DNA of 19,346 bases from Candidatus Cryosericum sp. (GCA_049699855.1 JBNAWM010000014.1:1-19346); one strand, 5' to 3'; positions 9,293 to 19,290 are shown, numbered from the stretch's first letter. Made by a program: numbers and translations. The notes: generated from the letters alone by a model not told the origin.

Positions 9293-9309
9293 CTTGCTAA
9301 GGAGCTGCT

Positions 9310-10548
9310 ATGTCTTCAGTAACACGGCTACGGTGTATGAAATGCGGCGCGGAGTTCGATCCTTCTGAAGTCCGCTACGTCTGTCCCAAATGTGGAAGTG
9401 ATGGCATTCTTGAGGTGCTGTATGACTATGACCGAGTTCGGCCGCTCCTGACCAGACAGACTCTTGCCGCAGATACGGACTTCTCCATGTGGCGCTATCT
9501 TGCGCTGCTGCCCGTCGACCAGCGGCCCGCCTCGCTGACTCTCCACATCGGCTGGACTCCGCTGTATGAAAGCCAGCGCCTGGGGCCGAGCCTCGGGCTT
9601 GATCATCTCCTGTTCAAAGACGACGGGCGCAATCCTACCGCCTCGCTGAAGGACAGAGCCTCTGCAATTGCGATTGCCAAAGCTGAGGAACTCGGGGAAC
9701 ACATCCTGACCGCTGCGACGACCGGCAACGCCGGCTCAAGCCTTGCCGGACTTGCTGCAAACGCGGGCTTTGATGCCTACATTTTCGCTCCCGCCGCTGC
9801 CCCGGCAGGGAAGATTGCCCAACTGCAGGTTTTCGGCAGCCATCTCTTCCTCGTCGAAGGCAATTACGACCAGGCCTTTGACCTTTGCATGGAGGCAACC
9901 GAACGCTTTGGCTGGTACAACAGAAACACCGCCTTCAACCCCTACATGGTCGAAGGCAAGAAGACGGTAGCGCTGGAGATCGCCGAGCAGCTGCGTTTTG
10001 AGGCACCCGACAAGGTCATTGTCCCGGTCGGTGATGGATGCATCATCTCCGGCGTTGCCAAGGGGTTCCGCGATCTCCTTGCACTGGGACTCATTGACCA
10101 TATGCCCCAGTTGATTGCAGTGCAGGCAGAAGGCTGTGCCCCGATTGCGAACGCCGTCACTTCTGGCATGCCAGTAGTTTTCCTGGACAATCCAACATCT
10201 TGCGCGGACAGCATCGTCGCTGGCATTCCACGGAACCACCTCATGGCAGTCCGGGACATCAAGGAGAGCGGGGGGCTTGCAGTGACCGTCTCCGACGATG
10301 AAATCATCGATGCGATTGGATTGCTTGGCAGAAGCGAGGGGATCTTCGCGGAGCCGGCAGCAGCTGCTTCAGTCGCTGCGCTGCGCAAGCTGGCCGGGAA
10401 TGTCCTGCGGCCTGAGGACCGAATCGTGGCGCTCATTACGGGAAACGGTCTCAAGGACATCCAGAACGCATTGAAGGTCAAGGGCACCACACGCTCCATA
10501 GCCCCGACCATGGACGCAGTAAAACGAGCAGTAGACGAAGGCTTCTAG
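9310..10548 (+). CDS. Threonine synthase-family PLP-dependent enzyme (fold type II); substrate uncertain
   Basis: SD AAGGAG. N-terminal CxxC...CxxC, MWRY, GWTPL, PLP-lysine motif KDDGRNPTASLKDR, ATTGNAG, EGKKT, PVGDG, EGIFAEPA, ITGNGLK. Confidence 0.85.
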   Translation: MSSVTRLRCMKCGAEFDPSEVRYVCPKCGSDGILEVLYDYDRVRPLLTRQTLAADTDFSMWRYLALLPVDQRPASLTLHIGWTPLYESQRLGPSLGLDHLLFKDDGRNPTASLKDRASAIAIAKAEELGEHILTAATTGNAGSSLAGLAANAGFDAYIFAPAAAPAGKIAQLQVFGSHLFLVEGNYDQAFDLCMEATERFGWYNRNTAFNPYMVEGKKTVALEIAEQLRFEAPDKVIVPVGDGCIISGVAKGFRDLLALGLIDHMPQLIAVQAEGCAPIANAVTSGMPVVFLDNPTSCADSIVAGIPRNHLMAVRDIKESGGLAVTVSDDEIIDAIGLLGRSEGIFAEPAAAASVAALRKLAGNVLRPEDRIVALITGNGLKDIQNALKVKGTTRSIAPTMDAVKRAVDEGF

Positions 10549-10612
10549 TCGTGCAGACCCAACAACAAGCCGCGACCGTCACAATGCTGAGTGCTCTTCG
10601 CCGACCATAGCG

Positions 10613-10640
10613 TTGCTTTTTGGAGACCCCACAGTAGAAT
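10613..10640 (+). promoter_or_regulatory. Putative sigma70-type promoter for serS
   Basis: TTGCTT (10613-10618), 16 bp, TAGAAT (10635-10640). Confidence 0.5.
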
Positions 10641-10664
10641 GCCAATGAGTACTATGCCCACTGA

Positions 10665-11945
<1,281 letters not shown>

Positions 11946-11986
11946 GCAGGGAGCTCAATGCGCACTCCGGACCCGGCCGCGGTGTT

Positions 11987-12014
11987 TTGACAACCGGAGA
12001 TTGTTTATTAAACT
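11987..12014 (+). promoter_or_regulatory. sigma70-type promoter for tRNA-Ser (and probably the rapZ operon)
   Basis: TTGACA (11987-11992), 16 bp, TAAACT (12009-12014). Confidence 0.65.
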
Positions 12015-12027
12015 TGTTTCAGACCGT

Positions 12028-12115
12028 GGAGGGGTGGCCGAGCGGTTGATGGCACCGCACTTGAAATGCGGCAAGGTTAACGCCTTCGGAGGTTCGAACC
12101 CTCTCCCCTCCGCCA
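12028..12115 (+). tRNA. tRNA-Ser(TGA)
   Basis: Acceptor GGAGGGG/CCCCTCC, G discriminator, encoded CCA. Anticodon arm CCGCA-CTTGAAA-TGCGG (TGA at 12062-12064). Long variable arm AAGG/CCTT. T-loop TTCGAAC. Confidence 0.97.
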
Positions 12116-12173
12116 TGACAACTGCCGGGGAATGCTCCCTTGACAAAGGCATGATGACAACCGGGAGGTGTGC

Positions 12174-13043
12174 GTGGGAATAGTCTCAAGTCTGGAGTTG
12201 GTCATAGTAACCGGTCTGAGCGGTGCCGGCAAGACCAAAGCCATGGGGTATCTCGAAGACCTTGGATACTATGCCATGGACAACCTGCCTATCTCCTTGA
12301 TGAATCAATTCCTGGACCTCGCCACACAGACCGAAGGGCGCATCTCCAAGATTGCCGTGGCGCTCGACGTTCGCAGTTCTGGGTTCAAAACCCAGTTCCG
12401 GTCGATGCTTCAGCGCCTCGCAACACGTGACATCCATCCACGCATCATCTTCCTCGAAGCATCATCGCATGTCCTCGTCAATCGGTTCTCCGAAACGCGG
12501 AGGCGCCATCCGATGCCTGGCAGCACGGTTCTCGAAAGCATCAAGAATGAGCGAGAGCTGCTTGAGGAAGTACGTGAGCTGGCAACGACCATCATCGACA
12601 CGACCGACCTCTCGCTGGGAGAACTGAAGGACCGCGTTCGGGACGCGATCCTTGACTCCGTCGAGTCGCAGACGCTGGCCATCAACATTGTCTCGTTCGG
12701 CTACAAGAACGGCCTCCCCATCGACCTGGATCTTCTCTTTGACGTTCGGTTCCTGCCGAATCCCTATTACGTCGGGGACCTCGTGCATCGCACGGGCTTT
12801 GACAAAGGAGTCATCCTCTATGTCCTCAAGAAGCCGTATGCACGCGAGTTCTTCGTCCGTCTTGCCGACTTCATTGACTTCCTCCTGCCCCGCTTTCAAC
12901 AAGAGGGCAAGAGCTATGTCACGATCGGCGTCGGGTGCACAGGGGGCCGGCATCGCTCGGTCGTCATCGCCAATATGTTGTATCATCACCTCAAGCTGAA
13001 GGCAAAATCGGTACACGTTTCCCACCGGGACCTCCAAAAGTGA
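12174..13043 (+). CDS. rapZ: RNase adapter RapZ / YvcJ P-loop nucleotide-binding protein
   Basis: Likely GTG start at 12174 after GGAGG (12164-12168). Motifs TGLSGAGKT, LEDLGYYAMDNLP, RFSETRRRHP, SFGYKNGLP, FDVRFLPNPYY, GCTGGRHRSV, HRDL. Confidence 0.95.
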   Translation: MGIVSSLELVIVTGLSGAGKTKAMGYLEDLGYYAMDNLPISLMNQFLDLATQTEGRISKIAVALDVRSSGFKTQFRSMLQRLATRDIHPRIIFLEASSHVLVNRFSETRRRHPMPGSTVLESIKNERELLEEVRELATTIIDTTDLSLGELKDRVRDAILDSVESQTLAINIVSFGYKNGLPIDLDLLFDVRFLPNPYYVGDLVHRTGFDKGVILYVLKKPYAREFFVRLADFIDFLLPRFQQEGKSYVTIGVGCTGGRHRSVVIANMLYHHLKLKAKSVHVSHRDLQK

Positions 13044-14350
13044 AAGGCCGCAGGCGGTCGTTCTGGTACTGGGTCGTTCCCGGCATCCATGTCAAGAGAT
13101 ACCTTCTCCTTTGTGCAGTTGCGACGTTCCTTCTTGTTCTGGCAGTCTTCGGGCTGTTTGAGGCGTCGGGCTCGTCGTGGCTTGGCGGTATACCCGGCTT
13201 GGTTCAGCGGGGCCTTGAACATCTGTTCCCTGCCGCGGCCGTTCCCGTCATTTTTGCCACTCTGTGCATCCTGCTGCTGGGTGCTTCGCTGTATCTCCTC
13301 GTCCTCGGCCTGGTGCTGCTTGCTCGTTCACTTCTGACGGCTTCGACAGGCGCGCTTCCGCGGGAGGCGATCGGGCGAACGATCTACCGGTACCGGAAGG
13401 CCGAGTCGCTTCCGAAAGTCGTCATCATTGGGGGTGGGAGCGGCATCAAGCCCATCATCGAGTCGCTTCGGACAGAAAACATCAAACTGACTACCATTGT
13501 CACCATGGCTGACAGCGGTGGAAGCACGGGACGATTGCGCGAAGCGATGGGCATGCTTCCGCCTGGAGACTTCCGCAACGCACTTATCGCGACCGCTGGA
13601 GATTCGACCCGCAAAGCCCGCCTGCTGGCATACCGTTTTCCGGAACAAGTGGAGGGACTAGGCGGCCACAACATGGGAAATCTCATGATTGCAGCCCTCA
13701 CGGACATCAAAGGGAACTTTGGCGATGCGGTCGAAGAGTTGTCTGACCTCATGCAGCTTCCCGGGCGGGTTCTCCCAATGTCTCTCGACAACATTGCTCT
13801 CCGTGCCCATTTTACGGACGGGTCAACGGTCGACGGAGAGGCGGAGGTCCCCCTTCAGGGCAAGACGATCGATTCGATCGAAATCCTGCCCGCCCATGCA
13901 AAGCCATTCGTCCCGGCTCTTCAAGCCCTTACCGAGGCGGACTTCATCATTATCGGCCCCGGATCGCTCTTTACGAGCCTTATCCCGCCTCTTTCGATCG
14001 AGGTAACCGCCGACACCATAGCACGGTCCTCTGCGACCAAGGTCCTGGTGATCAATGCGATGACCGAACGGGGCGAAACGGACGGCTATACAGCCCGGAG
14101 GCATCTGCAGAAGATCGAAGAAGTGCTCGGCGCCGGCTGTATCGACATGGTACTTCTCAGCAATACCCCCATTCCCGCCGAGACTCTTGAGCGATATCTG
14201 GCGGCAGGTGTCGAGCGGGTTCGGAATGACCTGCCGAGAAGCCAGCATCCACAGGTAGTCGAGGCGGATATTTGCTCGACGGCCAATGGACTGGTTCGTC
14301 ACGACCCAGCCAAGCTCCACGTCGTGCTGGAGTCCTTGCTGGGTTTGTAG
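13040..14350 (+). CDS. yvcK: YvcK/GlmR-family gluconeogenesis factor (CofD-like) with N-terminal TM segments
   Basis: GTG start overlapping the rapZ stop (GTGA). Two hydrophobic segments, then IGGGSG, MADSGGSTGRLR, PPGDFRN, GHNMGNL, GPGSLFTSLIP, GETDG, RHDP. Conserved rapZ-yvcK-whiA order. Confidence 0.92.
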   Translation: MKGRRRSFWYWVVPGIHVKRYLLLCAVATFLLVLAVFGLFEASGSSWLGGIPGLVQRGLEHLFPAAAVPVIFATLCILLLGASLYLLVLGLVLLARSLLTASTGALPREAIGRTIYRYRKAESLPKVVIIGGGSGIKPIIESLRTENIKLTTIVTMADSGGSTGRLREAMGMLPPGDFRNALIATAGDSTRKARLLAYRFPEQVEGLGGHNMGNLMIAALTDIKGNFGDAVEELSDLMQLPGRVLPMSLDNIALRAHFTDGSTVDGEAEVPLQGKTIDSIEILPAHAKPFVPALQALTEADFIIIGPGSLFTSLIPPLSIEVTADTIARSSATKVLVINAMTERGETDGYTARRHLQKIEEVLGAGCIDMVLLSNTPIPAETLERYLAAGVERVRNDLPRSQHPQVVEADICSTANGLVRHDPAKLHVVLESLLGL

Positions 14351-14360
14351 GGATATCCCC

Positions 14361-15227
14361 ATGATGGACTTCCTGAAGCACGAGCTGGCCGGGCTGACTC
14401 CCGTCTATCCACTGCTTGAACTCTCAGGGGCCCTGTACGGCGGCAGTTCGCTGGTCCTGGGGCACGGCGGCACCCTCTCGATCTCCTTCACGTCAAAAAG
14501 CCCCCTGATCATGCAGTATCTGCTCAACCTTTCCTCCACGGCTCTTGTTCATTGGAAACCAAAGCAGGCACTGCTGTCGAGGGTAAGCCACAAGATCAGC
14601 GTGCGTATAGACCTGACCGCTGTCCAGGCGCAGCAGCTCTTTTCGGACCTGTCTCCCCTGGAGCCAGCCGCTTTGGAGCGGCGCCTTCGCAGCAAACATG
14701 CTGCAGCAGCGTTCACGAAAGGGTTCTTTCTCCTTTCGGGCTACGCAGCACCCGATGGCACTCACTTGGAATTCAGCTGCTCACTGCCAATCGGGCGCCG
14801 CCTCGTCGAGCGCTCACTGACAACGCTTCAGATCGTGCACGGATCACAGACCCGCAGAACATCGGAGATAACGTACCTCAAGTCCCGCGAGGGGATCATG
14901 TCCCTCCTTGGGGCGTGGGGCGCCTCCAGCTCGCTCCTGTCACTCGAGGAACTCCAACTGGAGAAAAGCATGGACAATCAGATCAACCGCTCCGTAAATG
15001 CCGAGCTTGGGAATCTGGAACGAGAGACGGCTGCTTTCGACAAGCTGCGGCTGTTGTTTGAGAAAGCGGACCGTTCGCGCCTCTCTCCCCGCACTCTCGA
15101 AGTTGTTCAAGCCCGGCTGAAATATCCCGATCTTCCCCTTTCCAAGCTGAGCGACAAGATCCCGGGGCACATTTCTAAAAGCGCCATCGAGTATCACATC
15201 AACAAGGTACTTCGCAGTGCAAGGTAG
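14361..15227 (+). CDS. whiA: DNA-binding protein WhiA (divergent)
   Basis: LAGLIDADG-like AFTKGFFLLSGY..P...HLEF, TYLKSREGIMSLLGAWGA, INRSVNAELGNLER, and C-terminal HTH ARLKYPDLPLSKL...ISKSAIEYH. Syntenic position after yvcK. Confidence 0.85.
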   Translation: MMDFLKHELAGLTPVYPLLELSGALYGGSSLVLGHGGTLSISFTSKSPLIMQYLLNLSSTALVHWKPKQALLSRVSHKISVRIDLTAVQAQQLFSDLSPLEPAALERRLRSKHAAAAFTKGFFLLSGYAAPDGTHLEFSCSLPIGRRLVERSLTTLQIVHGSQTRRTSEITYLKSREGIMSLLGAWGASSSLLSLEELQLEKSMDNQINRSVNAELGNLERETAAFDKLRLLFEKADRSRLSPRTLEVVQARLKYPDLPLSKLSDKIPGHISKSAIEYHINKVLRSAR

Positions 15228-16473
15228 TCAGAAACAGCGACAACAGTTGAGTTTGCGCCAGAAGTCGTGGCTGGCGACGCGCGCTCTCGTTCTGGAGCAG
15301 CCCATCACCGACTTTGGCGTGCTTATGGACCGTTTTGCCGCCGAAAGCATGCTTGCAGAGAAACACGCGGTGGCATCCGATGACTCCTGGAATGGCGATC
15401 TTGACGGAATTCCCCTTCCGCAAATCGAGGACCCGACTGACACGATTCTCGACCAGCTCCTGGATACCGATCTCATTGACAGCTCCCTCGCTGAGTGTGC
15501 ACGCTTCATCATTTCAGACCTGGATCTGAACGGCTTCTTCCGGAAGCGAGTCACCACGTATGCAGAGGCCACAGGTTTCACTGCAGGACAGGTACGCCAG
15601 TGCCTCGAAGCACTGCGGTCTGCCGAGCCTGCAGGACTGGGGGCCACGGACACCGCCCATGCATTCGCCCTCCAGATGGCCCGCATTCTGCCCGGCCTTC
15701 CTGTAACAGCCTGCTCCCGTTTTCTCCGAAGACGTGAACGCGCCATATCCCCCGGCGTACTGCGTGCCTGCCTGCGGCACAACAAGATTGATTACAAGCC
15801 CGAGGACCTTGAGCGCATGCTGGCCAGTCTGGACCCCGCTCCTCTCAAAAGGCTTTCGAGCAGCCAGACACGCATGATCGCCCCTGACATCGTCATCCAG
15901 CAGGATGCGTTGACAGGAAACCTGTCCTGTGTGATTCCGAATGCCCCATGGAGACTCTTCATCGATTCCGATGCTGTTTCATCAGCCCGCCAGGACCCCG
16001 AAGCCCGCAAGCAAGTGTCGCTTGAGGTCAACAGGGTTCAATGGATCAATGAGGCCATCGCCGAGCGGACGGCCATGCTCCAAAAACTTGGAGACACGCT
16101 CATCACCCTTCTCGGCGACTATCTATCGGGACGAGCAGAACATCCGTCACGTGTCCCCGTTGCACAGCTCATACAAGCCACCGGCATGTCACGAACGGTC
16201 ATGGTTCGTGCTCTACAGCGCAAATACGTGCAGACACCGAGGGGGACCTTCCGCCTGCGAACGCTGGTCCTGGACCGCTGGGAGACAGCAGCCGCTCCGG
16301 CCAGGGAGGCCCTGACACGCCTACTCACCCAGGACCCGCGAGCAAGAGGGTTCAGTGATCGACAGATCGCCCAAATCCTCGAAACCCAGGGCATCCACAT
16401 CAGCCGCAGAACGGTCGCCAAGTACAGGCTGATGCTGGGTATCCCATCGCGCTACTTCAGGGACAATCAATAA
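15217..16473 (+). CDS. rpoN: RNA polymerase sigma-54 factor (divergent)
   Basis: GTG start overlapping the whiA end. Q-rich N-terminus, DLDLNGFF, EPAGLGA, PDIVI, KYVQTPRG, SDRQIAQIL, RpoN box ISRRTVAKYR..LGIPS. Confidence 0.88.
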   Translation: MQGSQKQRQQLSLRQKSWLATRALVLEQPITDFGVLMDRFAAESMLAEKHAVASDDSWNGDLDGIPLPQIEDPTDTILDQLLDTDLIDSSLAECARFIISDLDLNGFFRKRVTTYAEATGFTAGQVRQCLEALRSAEPAGLGATDTAHAFALQMARILPGLPVTACSRFLRRRERAISPGVLRACLRHNKIDYKPEDLERMLASLDPAPLKRLSSSQTRMIAPDIVIQQDALTGNLSCVIPNAPWRLFIDSDAVSSARQDPEARKQVSLEVNRVQWINEAIAERTAMLQKLGDTLITLLGDYLSGRAEHPSRVPVAQLIQATGMSRTVMVRALQRKYVQTPRGTFRLRTLVLDRWETAAAPAREALTRLLTQDPRARGFSDRQIAQILETQGIHISRRTVAKYRLMLGIPSRYFRDNQ

Positions 16474-16562
16474 TGTTCTGTTTTCTTTTGCCGGCATTTG
16501 TGTATGATGTGACTACATGCTGACATAGCAGAGGTTGGCATACATTTCTTTAGGAGGCAACT

Positions 16563-17570
16563 ATGGCAAAGATTGCAATCAATGGTCTTGGCAGAGTTGG
16601 TCGGCAAGTACTGAAGCACCTGGTCACGCGCTATCCAGAGATCGAGGTGGTTGCCGCAAACGACATCACCGACGTGCATACCCTGGCACACCTTACCAAG
16701 TACGACTCAAATTACGGGACATGGAACGCTGATATCAAAGAAACCGAGGACGCCATCATCATCGATGGTCACGAGATCAAGATCTTCCGCGAGAAAGACC
16801 CCGCCGCTCTTCCATGGGGGAAACTCGGCATCGACATTGTGATCGAATCCACTGGTCTCTTCACCGACGCCGAGAAGGCTCGGGCACACATTACTGCAGG
16901 CGCAAAGAAGGTCCTGATCACTGCCCCTGCAAAGGGCGAGGATATCACCGTCGTATTGGGCGTGAATGAAGGGCTGCTCGATGTCACAAAGCACACCATC
17001 ATCTCAAACGCTTCCTGTACAACCAACTCGCTGGCTCCCGTGGTCAAGGTGCTCCACGACAATTGGGGCGTCGAGAAGGGCTACATGACCACAGTACACA
17101 GCTACACCCAGGATCAGCGCATCCTTGATGCTCCGCACAAGGATCTCCGCAGGGCGCGCAACGCGGGAACCAATATCATTCCAACGACAACAGGCGCAAC
17201 CAAGGCGGTAGCCCTTGTCATTCCCGAGCTCAAAGGCAAGCTGGATGGCATTTCGCTCCGCGTACCAACACCCACGGTCTCTATCACCGTGTTCGATGCA
17301 GTCCTGAGCAAGCCCGCCACGAAGGATGAACTCAACGCTGCGTTCAAGCTGGCGTCCGAAACCACGATGAAGGGATATCTTGGATACAGCGAGCTTCCAC
17401 TTGTCTCGTCTGACTACCGCGGCACCCTCTTCTCGGGAATTGTGGACGCTCTGTCCACAATGGCCAATGGCACCCTTGTCCAGGTTCTAAGCTGGTACGA
17501 CAACGAGTGGGGCTACAGCGCCCGTGTTGCAGATCTGATCAAGCTGATCGTTCAGAAGGCATCCTACTAG
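16563..17570 (+). CDS. gap: Glyceraldehyde-3-phosphate dehydrogenase, type I
   Basis: SD AGGAGG. Motifs [60 protein letters not shown]. Confidence 0.98.
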   Translation: MAKIAINGLGRVGRQVLKHLVTRYPEIEVVAANDITDVHTLAHLTKYDSNYGTWNADIKETEDAIIIDGHEIKIFREKDPAALPWGKLGIDIVIESTGLFTDAEKARAHITAGAKKVLITAPAKGEDITVVLGVNEGLLDVTKHTIISNASCTTNSLAPVVKVLHDNWGVEKGYMTTVHSYTQDQRILDAPHKDLRRARNAGTNIIPTTTGATKAVALVIPELKGKLDGISLRVPTPTVSITVFDAVLSKPATKDELNAAFKLASETTMKGYLGYSELPLVSSDYRGTLFSGIVDALSTMANGTLVQVLSWYDNEWGYSARVADLIKLIVQKASY

Positions 17571-17580
17571 GAGGCAGTGC

Positions 17581-18774
17581 ATGGCGAAGCGAAGTATCAG
17601 GGATCTTGATGTCCGTAACAAGAGAGTTCTTGTCAGGGTCGACTACAATGTTCCCATTTCCAAGGATGGAGCTATAACAGATGACAAGCGCATTCTTGAG
17701 ACACTGCCCACGATCCGGTATCTGCTCGAGCAGAATGCTATCGTGATCCTGGTCACACACATGGGCCGTCCCGATGGCAAAGTTGTTGAATCACTGCGCC
17801 TGGACAAGATAGCTCAGCGGCTGTCCACGTTGCTCGGAAAGCCGGTCAACAAATTGAATTCGGTGGTTGGGCCTGATGTCACAAAAGCTGTTTCAGAAGC
17901 CAAACCGGGCGACATCATCATGCTCGAAAATGTCCGGTTCCTCAAAGAGGAGAAGAACGACGAGAACGACGAGTTGGCGAAGCAGCTTGCTGCACTGGCA
18001 GACGTCTACGTAGATGATGCATTTGCCACGGCTCATCGACCTGATACTTCGGTTGCGGGCGTTCCACAGTTTCTGCCCTCGGCAGCAGGCTTCCTGCTCG
18101 AAAAAGAGATCAATGTGCTCGAAACGGTCACGCTCTCGGCCAAGAAACCATTTGTTGCAATCCTTGGCGGTGCCAAAGTCTCGGACAAGATCGGACTCAT
18201 CAAGAACCTGCTCACCAAGACCGACAGCATTCTCATTGGCGGAGGTATGGCATTTACCTTCCTGAAAGCCATGGGCTACGCGATCGGCTTCTCACTTGTT
18301 GAGGAAGACTACTTGAAAGTCGCGGATGAAATCATGCAGGATGCCAAGGCAAGAGGTGTACGCCTGCTTCTTCCGGCAGACGTCGTGGTCACCAGTGAGA
18401 TCAAGGCGGGCAATTCCTACAGCACCGTCGACATCGAAGAGATTCCGGCGGACCAGATTGGCGTCGACATTGGTCCCAAGACGACGAAGGCCTTTGGCGA
18501 AGAGGTGGCGAGAGCAAAAACGATCATCTGGAACGGCCCCATGGGTGTCATTGAGATCCCCGAGTTTGCCGAGGGGACAAAGGCGCTGGCACGGCTGATC
18601 GCTGCCAATTCGGATGCACTTACTGTGGCTGGAGGAGGCGAGACAGCCTCGGTTATCGATGCACTCAACCTCCAGAGTCAGTTCAAGCATGTGTCCACCG
18701 GCGGCGGAGCGTTTCTCGAGTACCTTGAGGGGAAGCAGCTTCCGGGCATCGAGGCGATCGATTCTGTTGAATAG
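17581..18774 (+). CDS. pgk: Phosphoglycerate kinase
   Basis: SD AGGAGG. Motifs [62 protein letters not shown]. Confidence 0.98.
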   Translation: MAKRSIRDLDVRNKRVLVRVDYNVPISKDGAITDDKRILETLPTIRYLLEQNAIVILVTHMGRPDGKVVESLRLDKIAQRLSTLLGKPVNKLNSVVGPDVTKAVSEAKPGDIIMLENVRFLKEEKNDENDELAKQLAALADVYVDDAFATAHRPDTSVAGVPQFLPSAAGFLLEKEINVLETVTLSAKKPFVAILGGAKVSDKIGLIKNLLTKTDSILIGGGMAFTFLKAMGYAIGFSLVEEDYLKVADEIMQDAKARGVRLLLPADVVVTSEIKAGNSYSTVDIEEIPADQIGVDIGPKTTKAFGEEVARAKTIIWNGPMGVIEIPEFAEGTKALARLIAANSDALTVAGGGETASVIDALNLQSQFKHVSTGGGAFLEYLEGKQLPGIEAIDSVE

Positions 18775-18787
18775 TGCGAGTTGCCAC

Positions 18788-18815
18788 TTGAAATGGAAGC
18801 GGCTTTCCGTATAAT
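18788..18815 (+). promoter_or_regulatory. sigma70-type promoter for secG-tRNA-Leu-tRNA-Val
   Basis: TTGAAA (18788-18793), 16 bp, TATAAT (18810-18815). Confidence 0.7.
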
Positions 18816-18839
18816 AGCAGGTGTTACCGGAGGTTTACG

Positions 18840-19061
18840 TTGAAAACCGCTTTAGAGATACTAATGGCTGTGGTCGCGGTTGGTGTTATTCTTGTGATTC
18901 TCCTCATGGATCCCAAGGGCAGTGGTTTGGGCGCCATTTCAGGAAGCGCGACAGTCTTTCATGTACGGAAGACGAAAGACGTTCTTCTTGATCGGCTTGC
19001 TATTGTTCTATCCGTTGTATTTGTGGTTTTGTCCCTGGTGCTGGTAGTTTTCAAGTTCTAG
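18840..19061 (+). CDS. secG: Preprotein translocase subunit SecG
   Basis: TTG start after GGAGG. 73 aa with two TM helices flanking PKGSGLGAISGSA. Typical position after glycolytic genes and before a tRNA-Leu. Confidence 0.9.
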   Translation: MKTALEILMAVVAVGVILVILLMDPKGSGLGAISGSATVFHVRKTKDVLLDRLAIVLSVVFVVLSLVLVVFKF

Positions 19062-19079
19062 GGAAGTTTCAAGCCTCGT

Positions 19080-19164
19080 GCCGGGGTGGCGGAATTGGCA
19101 GACGCGTGCGTTTAAGGGGCGCATGGAGCAATCCGTGTGGGTTCAATTCCCACCCTCGGCACCA
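19080..19164 (+). tRNA. tRNA-Leu(AAG)
   Basis: Acceptor GCCGGGG/CCTCGGC, A discriminator, CCA. Leu-type D-arm GCGGAATTGGCAGACGC. Anticodon stem TGCGT (19107-19111)/GCGCA (19119-19123) with loop TTAAGGG, giving AAG at 19114-19116 and G37. Variable arm GGA-GCAA-TCC. T-arm GTGGG-TTCAATT-CCCAC. Confidence 0.92.
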
Positions 19165-19186
19165 TTTGAGAAATGCCACGATTTCA

Positions 19187-19261
19187 GGGCGGATAGTTCA
19201 GCGGTAGAACGCTTGCCTTACAAGCAAGAAGTCACAGGTTCGAACCCTGTTTCGCCCACCA
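19187..19261 (+). tRNA. tRNA-Val(TAC)
   Basis: Acceptor GGGCGGA/TTCGCCC, A discriminator, CCA. Anticodon arm CTTGC-CTTACAA-GCAAG. T-arm ACAGG-TTCGAAC-CCTGT. Confidence 0.97.
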
Positions 19262-19290
19262 GCAGTGCGATATGTTTGCGTGATGGTGGG

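Noticed and set aside
12028..12115. Possible tRNA-Sec, given serS and the selenium-linked YgeY family nearby
   Set aside because: The anticodon is TGA (reads UCA, Ser), not TCA. The acceptor stem is 7 bp with a normal D-arm. No in-frame TGA/SECIS was noticed in the neighbouring genes.
16535..16552. sigma-54 promoter (TTGGCA...) upstream of gap
   Set aside because: There is no GC at the -12 position and the site abuts the SD. A TATGAT -10 at 16503-16508 with a weak -35 is more plausible.
18740..18840. Pgk-Tpi fusion or frameshift as in Thermotoga
   Set aside because: pgk ends with TAG at its normal length and is followed by the secG promoter; no tpi sequence is present.
19111..19117. Reading the tRNA-Leu anticodon as TAA
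   Set aside because: That register needs a G-G mismatch closing the stem, removes position 26 and puts G at 37 where Leu(TAA) has A. The AAG register pairs fully.
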